A DNA stretch of 64,000 nucleotides, taken from NCBI RefSeq assembly GCF_902713615.1, contig NC_052154.1:81323072-81387071 (forward strand), in the 5' to 3' direction. The notes under the pieces are model-generated. The model was not told where the DNA came from and made no database searches. It was given only the letters and a program-made list of their open reading frames with translations. Within the stretch, counting starts at the first letter, position 1. Every line of letters starts with the position of its first letter. The position numbers and the translations under genes are program-made. The DNA is from Scyliorhinus canicula. Taxonomy: Eukaryota. Below are positions 22,930-36,681 of the stretch, piece by piece.

Positions 22930-24060
22930 GCCTTTAGGTTTCACTGCATTAGGAGCCCAGTGAACAGGACAACTCAGCAGAGTTTTACTGCTCTCAAAGC
23001 TGCCCGAATGGCCACTGCTCAGCAGATTCCTGAGCAAGGGCAGCACCAGCCAATGGTACACCTGGCAGCAGGGATGGGTGCCAGGGCCATAGTCCCCATG
23101 GCCATGCACCGACGCGTCCAGTGGTGCGGGGGCATAGTCGGCAGTACCAACCTGGGCACCATGTAGCCCGTTTGACCTGGTTGGGTGGCAGCACAGTGGC
23201 ACAGTAGTTAGCACTGCTGCCTCACGGCGCCGAGGTTCCAGGTTCGCTCCCAGCTCTGGGTCACTGTCCATATGGAGTTTACGCATTCTCTCCGCGCTAG
23301 TGTGGGTTTTGTCACATTGGAAAAAATTAATTGGGTATTCTAAATTTAAATTAAAAAGACCTGGTTGGGCACGGGGATATGCACCAGGCTAACATGTCGG
23401 CCTTTTAGAATTCAACCAGCAATGGTGGCCTTCCTATGGGTCGCTGCAGTTCTAGGGGGTTGCCCAGAGGCTGTACGAGCTGGAGCTGCTCGAACGAGCA
23501 TGCTGCAGCTTAGCATGCCTCAGAGGAACAGGAGTCCAACAGACCAAGGAGGAGGAAATGGAGGCCTCGCATGAGGCCTCATGTGTACTGGGCATGCCAT
23601 CGAAGGCTCTGGCTGAGCAAGGTGGGCGGGGGAATGTGGGAGGACATCCGCTCCCAGGGGCCATCATGGTGATGGTCACCCTTCACATTTAGGCCACGGG
23701 GTCCTTCCAGGCGGCGAGTGAGGACCTGTCCAGGTTCTCACAGACCTTGCTGCACAGGTACATCTGCGCTGTCACAGAGGGCCTTTATGCCCGGTCGGCA
23801 TAATACATCCATTTCAATGTGGACCAAGCCCACCAGGATGCTCAGGCAGTGGGGCTCGCTGATATCGCCAACATGCGATAGTGGACGATCGACGTTTGTA
23901 TGTTCCGCTAGGAGCACCTGCAGATGACAGGCTGCTCTACACAAACCAAAAGGGTTTCCACTCGATGAACGTGCAACTGAAATGTGACCGCGAGCTGCGC
24001 ATCATGCACAACTGTGCCCGATACCCGTTTACGACGCCGTCAACACAGCCTCAGGATCAG
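22930..24060 (+). mobile_element. Second Harbinger remnant with transposase fragment
   Basis: LLYTNQKGFHSMNVQLKCDRELRIMHNCARYP; homologous to about 14750-15130. Confidence 0.75.
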
Positions 24061-25399
24061 TGAATCCCCTCCCATGTCCCTATTTGCATATGGAAACACT
24101 CCTGGAGTGACGTCTTCTTTTCCTCACAGTTTTACAAATAAAAGAAAATTGTTGGGGTCCTTCCAGTTTCTAATATTAATTGGGGTCTGGACCGAGATTG
24201 CAATGTAATGCACTGAAGAACAGGTCTCAGGCAAGTATACAACTTGACAAACAACATGGCAAGAATTGGCTATAGATACATAGATACATAGAATTTACAG
24301 TGCGGAAGGAGGCCATTCGGCCCATCGAGTCTGCACCGGCTCTTGGAAAGAACATCCTACCCAAGGTCAACACCTCCACCCTATCCCCATAACCCAGTAG
24401 CCCCACCCAATATGAAGGACAATTTTGGACACTAAGGGCAATTTAGCATGGCCAATCCACCTAACCTGCACATCTTTGGACTGTGGGAGGAAACCGGAGT
24501 ACCCGGAGGAAACCCACGCACACACGGGGAGGATGTGCAGACTCAGCACAGACAGTGACCCAAGCCGGAATCGAACCTGGGACCCTGGAGCTGTGAGGCG
24601 ATTGTGCTATCCACAATGCTACCGTGCTGCCACGTGGGGCCAGTAAAGTGAAACAACACCTTTAAGGTATCAGGGAATTGACACATACTGTAGAGAAACT
24701 GACTTCAAAACAATTGAGGTAGAATTGATTCACTGGTACCTGTCTAAGTAAGCAAATTTAACGTTAAAGGGCAAAGCCTTTAAATTGGAACAATTGAGAG
24801 CCTGGTGGTAATAAACATGTTCAGAAGCATCTTAGCACTGCTGGCTCACAGCGCCAGGGACAGGTTCAATTCCAACCTTGGGTGTCTGTGTAGAGTTTGC
24901 ACGTTCCCCTCCTGCCTGGGGTTCCTCTGGCTGCTCCGATTACCTTCCAGACTCCAAAGCTGTGCAGGTTAGGCAGATTGCCATGGCGAATTGCCCCTTA
25001 GTGTCTAGGGTATACAAGTTAGGTTAAGGGGTTACTGGGGAAAGGGCAGGGTGGGTGCGGGAGTGGACTTAGGTAGAGAGCTCTTTTGCAGGGTCAGTGC
25101 AGGCTCAATGGGCCGAATGGCCTCCTTCTGCACTGTATGTATTCTATGATTCTATCCACAGAATGGGTACAGCTGAAGGGAGAGTTGGAGAATCTTTTTA
25201 ACTCTATACAGAATGTTATTTTGAATAATATTGAATGAGGTGGTCTGCAGATGGAGAGTGGCACACAGAAAGGATTATTAGTCAAAGTTGGCATTATTCA
25301 GAGATCAGATTCAAATCACAATGAATTATGGAAGGTAATAACATTTTACACAAATTATGGGAAGAGAAAACTGAAATCAAAAAAAGTGGACCTGGAATT

Positions 25400-26000
25400 C
25401 CCCGAATTTGAGGCTATGCCCGGACGAAGTGTCTCGTTCTATGATGAAAAAATTTGGCAAGGCCCCAGTACCAACCCTCCAGCCAGTGAAGGGCTAGCAA
25501 CCGTGCCACATAAAACAAACGGCCTTCACAAAATAAATGGCCAGAGAATTGCCGGGTCCGTGGCAGCGCATGTGCATGGTGACGACATGCAGCGGTCGCG
25601 CTGTACAACATGGCGCCGGCCGTGCACGAACCTGACCTACTAGATAGTGTCTCCCTGGACACTCCCTCACCTCCCCCGGGTCACCCCTCACTAAAGGTCC
25701 CCCTGTAGGCAGCACGGCTCCCTCACCCCGACTTTGGGGGGTGCTGGACACGGTCCGCAGCCGCCACACCGGATTCCTGAAAACTGAGAGCATACGTGCC
25801 ACTAGCTGTCGGGAACTCGGCCGATCAGTAACGTCCTGAGGCTGTACCAACGGTGTGCAGCATACTCCCCGATGCCTTCAATATGGAGGGGGCGGGAAAT
25901 TCAAAACAGGCGCTCCCCCTCCTCCCCGATTCGGTCATAAAAAGAATTCTCCGCTTGATCATCGAATACAAAATCGGCATTGCAATGGAGAATCCCACTC
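25400..26000. mobile_element. Harbinger-type non-autonomous fragment
   Basis: Ends in the TIR-like ggagaatcccac; GC-rich interior similar to the other MITEs. Confidence 0.5.
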
Positions 26001-26634
26001 GTGATTTTCGCTCTATGGAGATTATCCAACTCCAGTGCTAGAAAAAAGAAAGTGATCAAGAACAATAATTTGTTTTAAATAAATTTAGAGTACCCAATTC
26101 ATTTTTTCTAATTAAGGGGCAATTCAGCGTGTTCAATCCACTTAACTTGCACATCTTTGGGTTGTGGGGGCAAAACCCACGCAAACACGGGGAGAATGTG
26201 CAAACTCCACGCGGCCCAGAGCTGGGATCAAACCTGGGACCTCGGCGCCGTGAGACTGCAGTGTTACCACTGCGCCACCATGCTGCCCTGATCAAGAACA
26301 ATAATGAGACAAAGCGTGAAGTTGGAAGATTCCACCCTTAGAAAAATTGAACTTTTTTTACATGACTCAAGTTGAAAAATGTTACAAATGTTAAATATTC
26401 CTTAGGTTTAATTGGCTGAGACCCAGCATTGACAGATACAACAAAAACATTATATCAGAAAGCAGTTGTCTCAGCAAATGACATTGTTCAACATCAATTA
26501 GACATCTAATTAATCCATGTTCCTAGATAACACATGTTGTCTGATCTCAAGTAAGAGCATACACAGAACCATTCTCACTTATATTCCATAGATATGTTAC
26601 ATTTGTGCTTTGTAAACAGATTTATTAATTTTGA

Positions 26635-27510
26635 TGTTTTTTTAAATGTCTTTATTGAAGCTTTTTGTTTATGTCAGGCAGATCAATTAAACATATAATT
26701 CTGTCAGCAGAGGTGACGGAAGAAGATTCTGGGAGAAGTCAACTCAGTCACCTCGACTTTACTGTGGGTAACCAAAGAACCCCTCAAACCCCTCAACCTC
26801 AAAATGGTTGTCCAGAACCCGATCAACCTGGGACAGGACCAGAACATGTAGATATGGTTGTCTCCGGGGAGACCTATTTCCTTGGTCATTCCCCCCCCCC
26901 CCCCCCCCCTTAGAGCCTTCTCGGTCACCACCAACGTTGCCACCTCGGATTTGAGCGAGGCAACCTGCTCATAGCTTCTTGGGCCTCCAGTCTCCGCCCC
27001 GCTCTGTCTATTGCTCCCTTTATGGAGGCCAGCGTGGTTTCTATTGCCAACTTCATTGCTGCAATGAGGTCCCCCAGATATGCGGACACACCCTACTGGA
27101 CAGACTATCAGCTCAGGATGAACTAGAGGATGGCAAGTGTGACAAATATGGGCGACTGTTAGAAAAGGTAAGCGCCCCACTGGATGAAACACGATTTTGC
27201 TGGGAAGAAGAACTAGGCAGAGAGATAGGGGGAGGACATTGGATCGAAGCACTGCAGAGGGTGTGCTCCCACCTTCTCATACGCAGGGCTAAGCCTAATG
27301 CAGGTAAAGGTGGTGCACAGGACGTACCTGACCAGGAGACCCTTGAGAAGGTTCTTCCTGGAGGTGGATGATAAGTCCGAGCGATGTCAGGGGTGGGGGG
27401 GGGGGGGGGGGGGAGGCAGCCAACCAACCTACCTACGTGTTCTGGTCCTGACCCAAGGTGATCGGGTTCTGGACAACCATTGGTGGAGAATGTGAACTCC
27501 ATAGTGCATT
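26635..27510. mobile_element. Two L1 3' fragments in opposite orientation
   Basis: The HIYMFWSCPRLIGFW region occurs on - at about 26803-26846 and on + at about 27439-27482. Confidence 0.7.
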
Positions 27511-30179
27511 AACTTGTGGGCATCCACGGGTGCCAGCACCAGAGGACAACAGGACTTTTGAATCTCACTCCATCTGCTCCTCTATCCCAAGGAGGAAGCC
27601 AGAAGCCTTCGAGCACTCATAAGGAGGAGGAGAGGCTGATCCGTAGGTAGGGGCCTTCCACTCGGGAGGCTCTGGGAGTGCGCGGCCCATCTGACTCCCT
27701 CCCTTCTCTGACCCGTCCAGCTCCAGCCTTGAACATTGAGCAGGGTGACACTGCCATACTGCAACCGAAAGCATGCCGGGACCCTTTGGGCCCGAGTACA
27801 TGTAGAATGTAACCAAAGCCATTGCAGACAACAGGACATGGCATACAGAAGGCTGCCTCCATCTCTGCTGTGGATCCTGGACAGACACTGAGAAATGGTG
27901 GGTTTAGGAAGGTGAAGAAAGTTTAGTTGCACTTAGTGGGCACTGGTGTTCTTAGGCAATTGTAGATAGTGTGCACTTATGTAAGAATTAAACCACCTTT
28001 GTCAATGTCTTATACCTTACTTTTTGCATCCTTTTTGAGCCTGCCTGCTCTCATTAGGTCTCTCCACGGACCGACTGCCGGAACTCAATGGCCGCTTACC
28101 TCTGAACTCCACTTCGGACGTGAGGCTTTCATGTTCCTGCTTTAAAAAACTTGTTGTAAAACCTGTTGGCTTGACATTGCGATGCCAGAGGAAGATTGTC
28201 TGGGGTCGGGGCAAGTTACCGTGGGACTGCCCACTCATGACATAATACTGAATTCAAATGGGTTCCTCCCACTTCCTGAGTGGAAACCTCATCACGCCAA
28301 GGAGGCGACTAGGGACATTCGCTGTAGAAGATCCAACTCAAAGGAACCCTCCCCTCTCTTTCAGGCTCAAAGGGCTGCATGGCGTCCTCCTATTCCTATT
28401 TTTTATCTCACCATCGTAACTTCCCTCCTCTTGGCTCCCATGACATTTTGCCTCCTTACATAGAATTTACAGTGCAGAAGGAGGCCATTCGGCCCGTCGA
28501 GTCTGCACCGGCTCTTGGAAAGAGCACCCTACCCCCTACCCAAGGTCAACACCTCCACCCTATCCCCATAACTCAGTAATCCCACCCAACACTAAGGGCA
28601 ATTTTGGACACTAAGGGCAATTTAGCATGGCCAATCAACCTAACCCGCACATCTTTGGACTGTGGGAGGAAACCAGAGCACCCGGAGGAAACCCACGCAC
28701 ACACGGGGAGGATGTGCAGACTCCGCACAGACAGTGACCCAAGCCGGAATCGAACCTGGGACCCTGGAGCTGTGAAGCGATTGTGCTATCCACAATGCTA
28801 CCGTGCTGCCCAAAATTAATTTTCTTTAATCATAGATCATAGAATTTACAGTGAAGGAGGGCATTCGGCCCATCGAGTCTGCACCGGCTCCTGGAAAGAG
28901 CACCCTACCCAAGGTTAACACCTCCACCCTATCCCCATAACCCAGTAACCCACCCAACGCAAAGGGCAATTCTGGACGCTAAGGGCAATTTATCATGGCC
29001 AATCCACCTAACCTGCACATCTTTGGACTGTGGGAGGAAACCGGAGCACCCAGAGGAAACCCACGCACACATGGGGAGGATGTGCAGACTCCACACAGAC
29101 AGTGACCCAAGCTGGAATCGAACCTGGGACCCTGGAGCTGTTAAGCGATTATGCTATCCACAATGCTACCGTGCTGCCCAGCATGCAAATGGCAGTGCAA
29201 AATCCCACCCTATGAGGCCATTTGAATGTTGATCTTACTTCTCTCTGGGGTTTTTTGTAATTAAATAAAATGAAAATGAAATGAAAATCGCTTATTGTCA
29301 CAAGTAGGCTCCAAATGAAGTTACTGTGAAAAGCCCATAGTCGCCACATTCCGGCGCCTGTTCGGGGAAGGCTGGTACGGGAATTGAACCGTGCCGCTGG
29401 CCTGCCTTGGTCTGCTTTAAAAGCCAGCTATTTAGCTCTGTACTAAACCAGCCCTTCGTAATGAGTTACTTTCCTTTGAAAACAAAGAAGTAAAGTTTTT
29501 TTTTCCAATTAAGGGGTTATTTTTTTCCAATTGTGGGGCAATTTAGCGTGGCCAATCTACCTACTCTGCACATCTTTGGGTTGTGGGTGTGAGGCCCTCG
29601 TAGATACAGGGAGAATGTACAAACTTCAAACGGACAGTGGCCAGTCCTTCTGAGGCCAGGATTGAACCCGGGTCCTCGCTGCCGTGAGGCAACAGTGCTA
29701 ACCACTGCGCCACCGTGCTGCCCTTTAATTTATCTGCATTAAATAGCATTTATGTATGTCTGTCCAACTTACCAATATCCCTATGTCTTCCTGAATGACG
29801 TAGGTCAAAGATAATTGCTCCTCATAGTCCAATCCCCCTATCCCCTTAATCATTCTGGTCTCTATTTCCTAAAATCGTTGAACAGCTGCAATATTCTTTT
29901 TTATCTCATGGCTATCATGAATATATCACTATTTGTTATACCCCTGACTTAGAAAGTGACTGGGTTAACTCTATATTTTGGCTCAATGATAACCTTTTAA
30001 TTCATTCTATCATCTACTTTAATGTATTCATTTTCAGTGTGCATTATTGTAATATCTTCAATTCATTGTCAACCAGGACCCCCAGAACACTTCCATTTTC
30101 CATGCACACTATTATTTTATTCCCAATTAAGAAATATCTGCTCACAGTGGGATCATTCCACTCTGGAATGGAGTTTAAA

Positions 30180-30345
30180 ATCATTAAGATGCCCACCTCC
30201 TGGAAAAACCTGCCAAGTGTGTGGTCGAAGATGTGACTCTAGGATCAGGCTCATCAGCCTTGCGAGAACCCACAGACCTCATGACCAGTAACCTGGTGGA
30301 CAATCATACTCGTTAGTGACTGATCGCCGAAGAGGAAAACGAGAG
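30180..30345 (+). mobile_element. RTE-type LINE 3' end
   Basis: C-terminal zinc-knuckle-like TCQVCGRRCDSRIRLISLARTH followed by a short 3'UTR. Confidence 0.65.
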
Positions 30346-32017
30346 TTTCCACGGGTTGGCCAGAAGACCAGGTCAGTTGTAGAACATAGAACATAGAACA
30401 TAGAACAGTACAGCACAGAACAGGCCCTTCGGCCCTCAATGTTGTGCCGAGCCATGATCACCCTACTCAACCCACGTATCCACCCCACACCCGTAACCCA
30501 ACAACCCCCCCTTAACCTTACTTTTATTAGGACACTACGGGCAATTTAGCATGGCCAATCCACCTAACCCGCACATCTTTGGACTGTGGGAGGAAACCGG
30601 AGCACCCGGAGGAAACCCACGCACACAGGGGGAGGACGTGCAGACTCCACACAGACAGTGACCCAGCCGGGAATCGAACCTGGGACCCTGGAGCTGTGAA
30701 GCATTTATGCTAACCACCATGCTACCCTGCTGCCCCCAATTGGGTTCAGTTGTGACAGAGAGATGTTTATATATAATTGACCAAGGCGTTGGAGTCACTG
30801 ACAGGCAGACGCCTTGAGTGCAAGGGGAGAAATCCACTTGCTACATCTAGTAAAAGGATGAATGTGGCACTTCAGTTGCGGCCATGAAGTGAGATGTTGC
30901 GCATATGGTGGCTCCTGCCCGAGGATTTGATTTTTGGCTCATTTTTGCCTGTTTAATGGGTGATATAGTGTAAGAGTTAAGATTCCTCCTCTGATGTGAG
31001 ATGTTTCAAGATTGCCAAACAAGGTGTGTGTCTGGTAAAGGACCCTCATTGGACTCAGAAGGCATGCGTGGCGCAGGAGCGGAAAACAAAGGAATCTGTG
31101 TCATCGTTGCCTGCTCAGTGGACCACTGAGAAGTTGGTAGAGTTTTTTAAGAGGGAGTTTAGAAGGCAGAGACAGGTGGTGACGGACAATCTGGCAAAAG
31201 TGACTGAGCTAATTCACGTGGCTCTGGAAAGGGTGGAACAGTGGTTGGAGTTGAAGAACCCACCGATCCAGAAGTGGGGAAGATGCTCTCGGATCATGAT
31301 AATCAGATTGTTTCCTTGGAGGCAGAAGTGACGATGTTAGCAAAGAGGCAAAAAGTAATGAAGGCAAAGATTGATGACCTGGAGAATCACTCCAGACAAC
31401 AAAATTTGAGGATCATTGGGCTACCCAAAGGCATAGAAGGTGCGAAGGCCACAGGGTATGTGGCAAAGATGTTTGAGCAACTGAAAGAAGTGGACAGGGC
31501 CCACCAGTCATTGAGGAAGAAGCCCAGATTTGAGGAGCAGTCATGGATTGTCATAGTCTGACTCCACCGGTACTTAGACAAAGAAAACATCCTGAGGTGG
31601 GCAAAGGAAACACAAGAATGCAGATGGGAAGCCCACACCGTTAGAATTTACCAAAACGTAGGAGCAGAACTGACAAAAAGGTGAGCAGGGTTCAATAAGG
31701 CCAAGAGCAAAGTGAAATTCAGAGTGGTGTACCTAGCTCACCTGTGGGTCATGTATGGGGACAGGGACCATCATTTTGACACACCAGTGAAGACGAACAA
31801 CTTTATTAAGGAGCATGCACTGGGGACATTTGAATGTATTGGGTGGTTTCACCTGCATGGTGAAGCTTTGGATTTGTGTTTTTCTTTTTTTCACTTGGTT
31901 TTCCCTTTGTATTTTCCATGTTTCTGTAATATTTGTAATCCTGTGTTTGGAGTATGGGCTTATTGATACTTTAAAGCAATTTTTCTAATTGGTTGGTGAT
32001 ATACCTTCAATTCACAG

Positions 32018-32265
32018 TGAGGCAGAGAGAGCGAGTGAACAGTAGGATTTATTAGTCATGAACTTGCCGAGCCAGAGTCAGTAGTACAGATGAATGCCGC
32101 CCACAGGTGGCCGGCCTATATATGGCCCCGGTGTGGGCGGAGTCAGAGGCAGAGCCATACTGGGGTTACAGTACAGTACCTGGAAGCAGTTCATATCACC
32201 ACTTCCAAGTCACAGGTTACAGGTTATGGTATCATGCATACATTATGGTGAATACATTCACCACA
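32018..32265 (-). mobile_element. Probable solo LTR inside the L1
   Basis: On - it begins TGTGGTGAAT, has a TATA-like tatatag and AATAAA, and ends CA. TSD not evident. Confidence 0.5.
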
Positions 32266-32849
32266 CTTGGGAATGTTGGGGAACAGGACAATGGGGGTGG
32301 GGATGGATTGGTATGGTGCGCAAGATTAAAATTTGGTTCGGGCAATTCTGTGTACAGAATTTTTGAAAGTGTAACTTGTGTTTATCCCAGGTGGGGGTCA
32401 CCCTAATAGCAGAGATGCTAGTTAACACAAGTGAAGTGGGGGAGAAAGCTGTGGCTTGTAATGTGGAGGAGGAGGTGTTGTTTTCTTTGTTTGTTGGGTT
32501 AACAAGCCTAGGGTAGTTGGGTTTTCTTTGTTTGGGGAGGGTGAGGAGTTGGTGGGAGAGGGATGGACATGTTTGGGTTTGGAGTTACTGGGGAGGGGGG
32601 CGGCTGAAGGTAAAGGTTTCTTTGTTGAGATACTGGTTGGAGGAAGGTGATGGTGGCCATCTTGGGTGGCCATGGAATCTGGGTGAGGAAGGGCCTTGTT
32701 GGACTTCCTTATGAATTGGGTATGTCTGATCAGAGTTGGGGGTGGGGGAGGGGGGAGCCCAGAGGTCCCCGCTGACACTTATCGCATGGAACATAAGATG
32801 GTTGATTCGAAGATGGCGCTGGAGCATGGTGACTCTCTGCGAGCTCTCT

Positions 32850-33110
32850 CCCGAGACCCTTTTCTTTTATCTCTTATAACCATTCTGACTTACTAAAACT
32901 CTTCTCCACTTCATATATAATTTTGCTTTGTTTGGTCCCTTGTTCCGCATTGTAACCAATCATTGTTTGTCGATGTACTATTTGTCAATGTACTCTGTCA
33001 ATTATTCTTTTTTTTTCTGCTACGTACGTACTGTGTATGTTCCCTTGGCCACAGAAAAATACTCTTCACTGTACTTCGGTACATGTGGCAATAAATCAAA
33101 TCAGGTCAAA
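32850..33110 (+). mobile_element. LINE 3' tail (L2/Rex-like) inserted in the L1
   Basis: Ends aataaatcaaatcaggtcaaat, a microsatellite-type tail. Confidence 0.5.
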
Positions 33111-35162
33111 TAAATGGGCCGGTTAAAAGATCACGCCTGTTCGCCCAATTTAAAGTGCTTGAAGGCGGATGTGGTTTTCTTACAGGAGATGCATCTGAGA
33201 GGGGTCAAACCAGGTTGACGAATGAGTGGCTGGGACAGATTCCATTTGAGCTTTGACTCAAAAATGAGGGGAACCGTAGTACTTATCAATAAGAGGGTGG
33301 CTTTCCCAGTGGATATCTTAGTGGTGGATTTAATGGGGAGATACGTGATGGTGAGTGGGTGAATGTGTGCACCACAAATTGGGAGGGTACGGATATTATT
33401 AAGAGGGTGTTGGTGGTCATCCCTGACCTGGACTCACATCAGTTGATCATGGTGGACGGCTTTAATTTGAGCTTGATCCCCGACTCGATAGGTTGTGCCC
33501 CAAATTCCTTACATTCTTGGGGTGGTGAAGGAACTACTTGAGCTCATGGAGCAGATGTGGGGGAACAGACCTGTGGAGCTTTGGACACCCAAGGGAGAAG
33601 GAGTTCTCCTTCGTTTCACATGTGTATCGGGTCTATTCTCACCTTGACTATTTTGTTTTGAGCAAGGTAGGGGAGGTGGAGTATTAGTCGATTGTCGTAC
33701 TGACCACACTCCACATTGTGGATTTGTGTTTGGAGAAGAGCTCTGCTCAGTGATCCCTGTGGAGGTTGGATGTGGCAATGTTAGCGGATAAGGGAGCATG
33801 TGAGAGGATAGCCCCCGCTATCGGTATTTAAGTGAGTTTAACAAGAACGAGGAGGTCTCAGCTTCCACATTCTGGGAGGCAAGAAAGACGTGATTATGGA
33901 AAGCTGATCTTGATTCAAGCTCATAGGGACACGACAGGGAGGCTGGCAGAGGCTACTCTGGTGGTGGACTGGCAATACTCTGTTACCCCAAAGGAAATTA
34001 AATGAAATGAAAATCGCTTATTGTCACAAGTAGGCTTCAAATGAAGTTACTGTGAAAAGCCCCTCGTCGCCACATTCCGGCGCCTGTTTGGGGAGGCTGG
34101 TACAGGAATTGAACCGTGCTGCTGGCCTGCCTTGGTCTGCTTTCAAAGCCAGGGAGTTAGCCCTGTGCTAAACAGCCCCTGTGGAAGAGTTATTGGTGGA
34201 GAGGAAGACGCTTCAGATGGAGTTTGAGTTTGTATTGACAGGGATTGGCCAACTACGACGTGCTAGCGGGATGGTTTATGAGCCAGCCAGTTATTGGCTC
34301 ACCAGTTAAGACAGCAGATGGCATCTCGGGAGATAGTTAAAGTTAAGAACCCGGGAGGAGGAGTGGTTTCTGATTCAGAAAGGGTGAATGGGGTTGTACA
34401 TGTCAGAGCCTCTGGATGGAGCCTCGGCTATGATATAGTTCGTGAATGGATTGGACTTCCTGGTGGTGGACTGGGAAAAAGTGGAGGGGCTGGAGGCTCC
34501 GATTAGACTGGGGGAAATTATGAAGTACATTTGTTGCATGCATTCTGGGAATGCAACAGGCCTGGACGGATTCCCAGTGGAATTTTACAAACTATTTGTG
34601 TCAGAACTGGGGCAGCATCTGCTGGGCATGTTCAACAATTCACTTCTCGGGGCCACACAGGCACAGGCTTCTATCGCCTTAATTCTGAAGAAGGATAAAG
34701 ATCCAGAGGAGTGTGGGTCAGATCAGCCCATATCTCCGTTGCATGCTGATACAAATTTGTTGGTGAAGGTGCTGGCAACTCACTTGGAGGTACGTTTGCC
34801 AGGGCTAACATCTGAGGATCAGACGGGGTTTGTGAAGGGCTGACAATTGTTGTCCAACATAAGGAGACTCATGAATGTTGTGATGTTACCCTCATCAGAT
34901 ACCGAGCTCTGGAAACTGCCCAGTTCCTTCCTGAGAGCAATACAGAAATGTATCACTCACCACCCCAGCTAGTAATGTAGTGTTAAAAAGGAAACAATCG
35001 ATTCCTACTCTTGCAAAGTTGAAACCATTCTTTCTGGTCCTCAATCTTCAAACTGAAATAATCCATCAACAGAGTTACCCTTATCCTTTTTCTACTTTCA
35101 TGGAATTTGGGCAAGAGCAGCATTCCTAATTTCCGGAGATGGTGATTATGGTTATAATTTAT

Positions 35163-35390
35163 CAGGAGTCGGATAGCTCAGTTGATTGGAAGCCTGGTTC
35201 ATGATGCAGAGCGGCACCTACCAGCTGAATTCTCATATCGGCTGAGGTTATTCATAAAGGCCCCACCTTCTCGACATCGCTCCATGCTCGAGATGTGGTG
35301 ACCCTCAGGTTAAATTAACACCAGTCTGCTCTCTCTCAAAGGGGAGAGCAGTATGCGATCCTCTGGGACTGTGGCGACAATTACATCCCA
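35163..35390 (+). mobile_element. tRNA-derived SINE, distinct family
   Basis: A-box-like atagctcagttgattgg; body gaggttattcataaaggccccaccttctc...ctgggactgtggcgac. Confidence 0.7.
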
Positions 35391-36378
35391 TCTTTTTCAA
35401 ATAAATCTTGACTAATCTTACTGCTATTTTGTCTTCCGAATTGCGTATGCTATGTTCCCTTTTCTCATTTGAGATAAAAGCCATGCGTGTGTTAATATCT
35501 TTTGTTTCAGAAGAAATGTTCTTGTGCATTCCCTATCAACCATAATGCTTTTCGTTTTACCAAGCACTGTTGTATAAACAGTTGGAGCATAGATGACTTC
35601 ATTGTGCTTGAGAGTTGATTTAAATAGGGCTCATTTGCCGTAAATATTTGATTTCCTATCAAGTAGGTTTTACCCAGTTGAAGTTTGGCAGATCTTCCAT
35701 TATTTTTGTAAAGTTAACCCTCTTAAAATCTGGGACCAGCATTAGCTTGTTAAATAAGATTAAACCTAATTATATTTTAACATTAGGAGTTGGATTCAAG
35801 AGTGAATGGAGCAGATCTTGGAGCTTTGAGGTTGAAACTTGTTACAGCTGTTTGTAATCTACAAAAAAAATTGGCAAAAGGGAGTCTCGAAGGAAAAATG
35901 GATGTGGTGATTGACAATGAGGTTAGTTGTTCACTAATGCTGTTTCCATGGGACCAAGACATCAAAAGAGGATGAAAGAATGGTTTAGTAATCTAACAAG
36001 AGATAATATGGTTAATGGGAGCCCAATGCCACTCTGCATTAACAAGTTTCTCCCAACTGGATTTATTGGTGACTGCCTTGGTGTTCTGGTCTCACCTGCA
36101 AGCAAAAACATTTCTCTATGTCAATGCTATTAAACCCTTTGATAATTTTAAGGATCTCTCTGGGATCACCTCTTGGCATCCCTTTTCTGAAGAAAAGAGT
36201 GCAAGTCTGTTCAATCTTTTCTGATTGTTATAAATTCACAGTTCTATTATAATTCTGGTAAATCCTTTTTCAACCTTCACCTGAGTTCATATCCTTTTCA
36301 TAACATGGAAGCCAGAAATGTGCACAGTGCTTCCAAGAGTGGTCTGGGCCTGGTTAGCAGGTTTAGCATAACTCTTTA

Positions 36379-36681
36379 GGGCAGAACAGTAGCACAGTGG
36401 TTAGCACTGTTGCTTCACAGCGCCAGGTTCGATTCACGCTTGGGTCACTGTCTGTGCAGAGTCTGCATGTTCTCCCCGTGTCTGCGTGGATTTCCTCCGG
36501 GTGCTCCAGTTTCCTCCCACAAGTCCCAAAAGATGTGCTGTTTGGTAATTGGACATTCTGAATTCTCCCTCTGTCTACCCGAACAAGCGCCAGAATGTGG
36601 CGATGAGGGGATTTTCACAGTAACTTCATTGCAGTGTTAATGTAAGCCTACTTGTGACAATAAACATTATTATTATTATTA
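36379..36681 (+). mobile_element. Mosaic SINE: HE1-type head with the actaggggcttttcacagtaac-type tail
   Basis: Direct comparison with the other SINE copies. A similar copy lies at about 16975-17240(-) and a tail-only copy at 13958-14115. Confidence 0.85.

Larger units (their letters stand above)
30869..34900 (+). mobile_element. Degenerate 5'-intact L1-clade LINE with nested insertions
   Basis: ORF1 (LENHSRQQNLRIIGLP..EVDRAH), endonuclease and RT remnants (ATGLDGFPVEFYKLF, DQTGFVKG). Confidence 0.85.

Noticed and set aside
25251-25334. Exon-like MESGTQKG...ELWK|gtaata, and a similar segment near 24670-24745
   Set aside because: Isolated, with weak acceptors, no recognisable product and no partner exons.
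26803-27482. Twin-priming L1 inversion
   Set aside because: The two arms overlap the same L1 segment and are separated by unrelated DNA. Two independent fragments are more likely.
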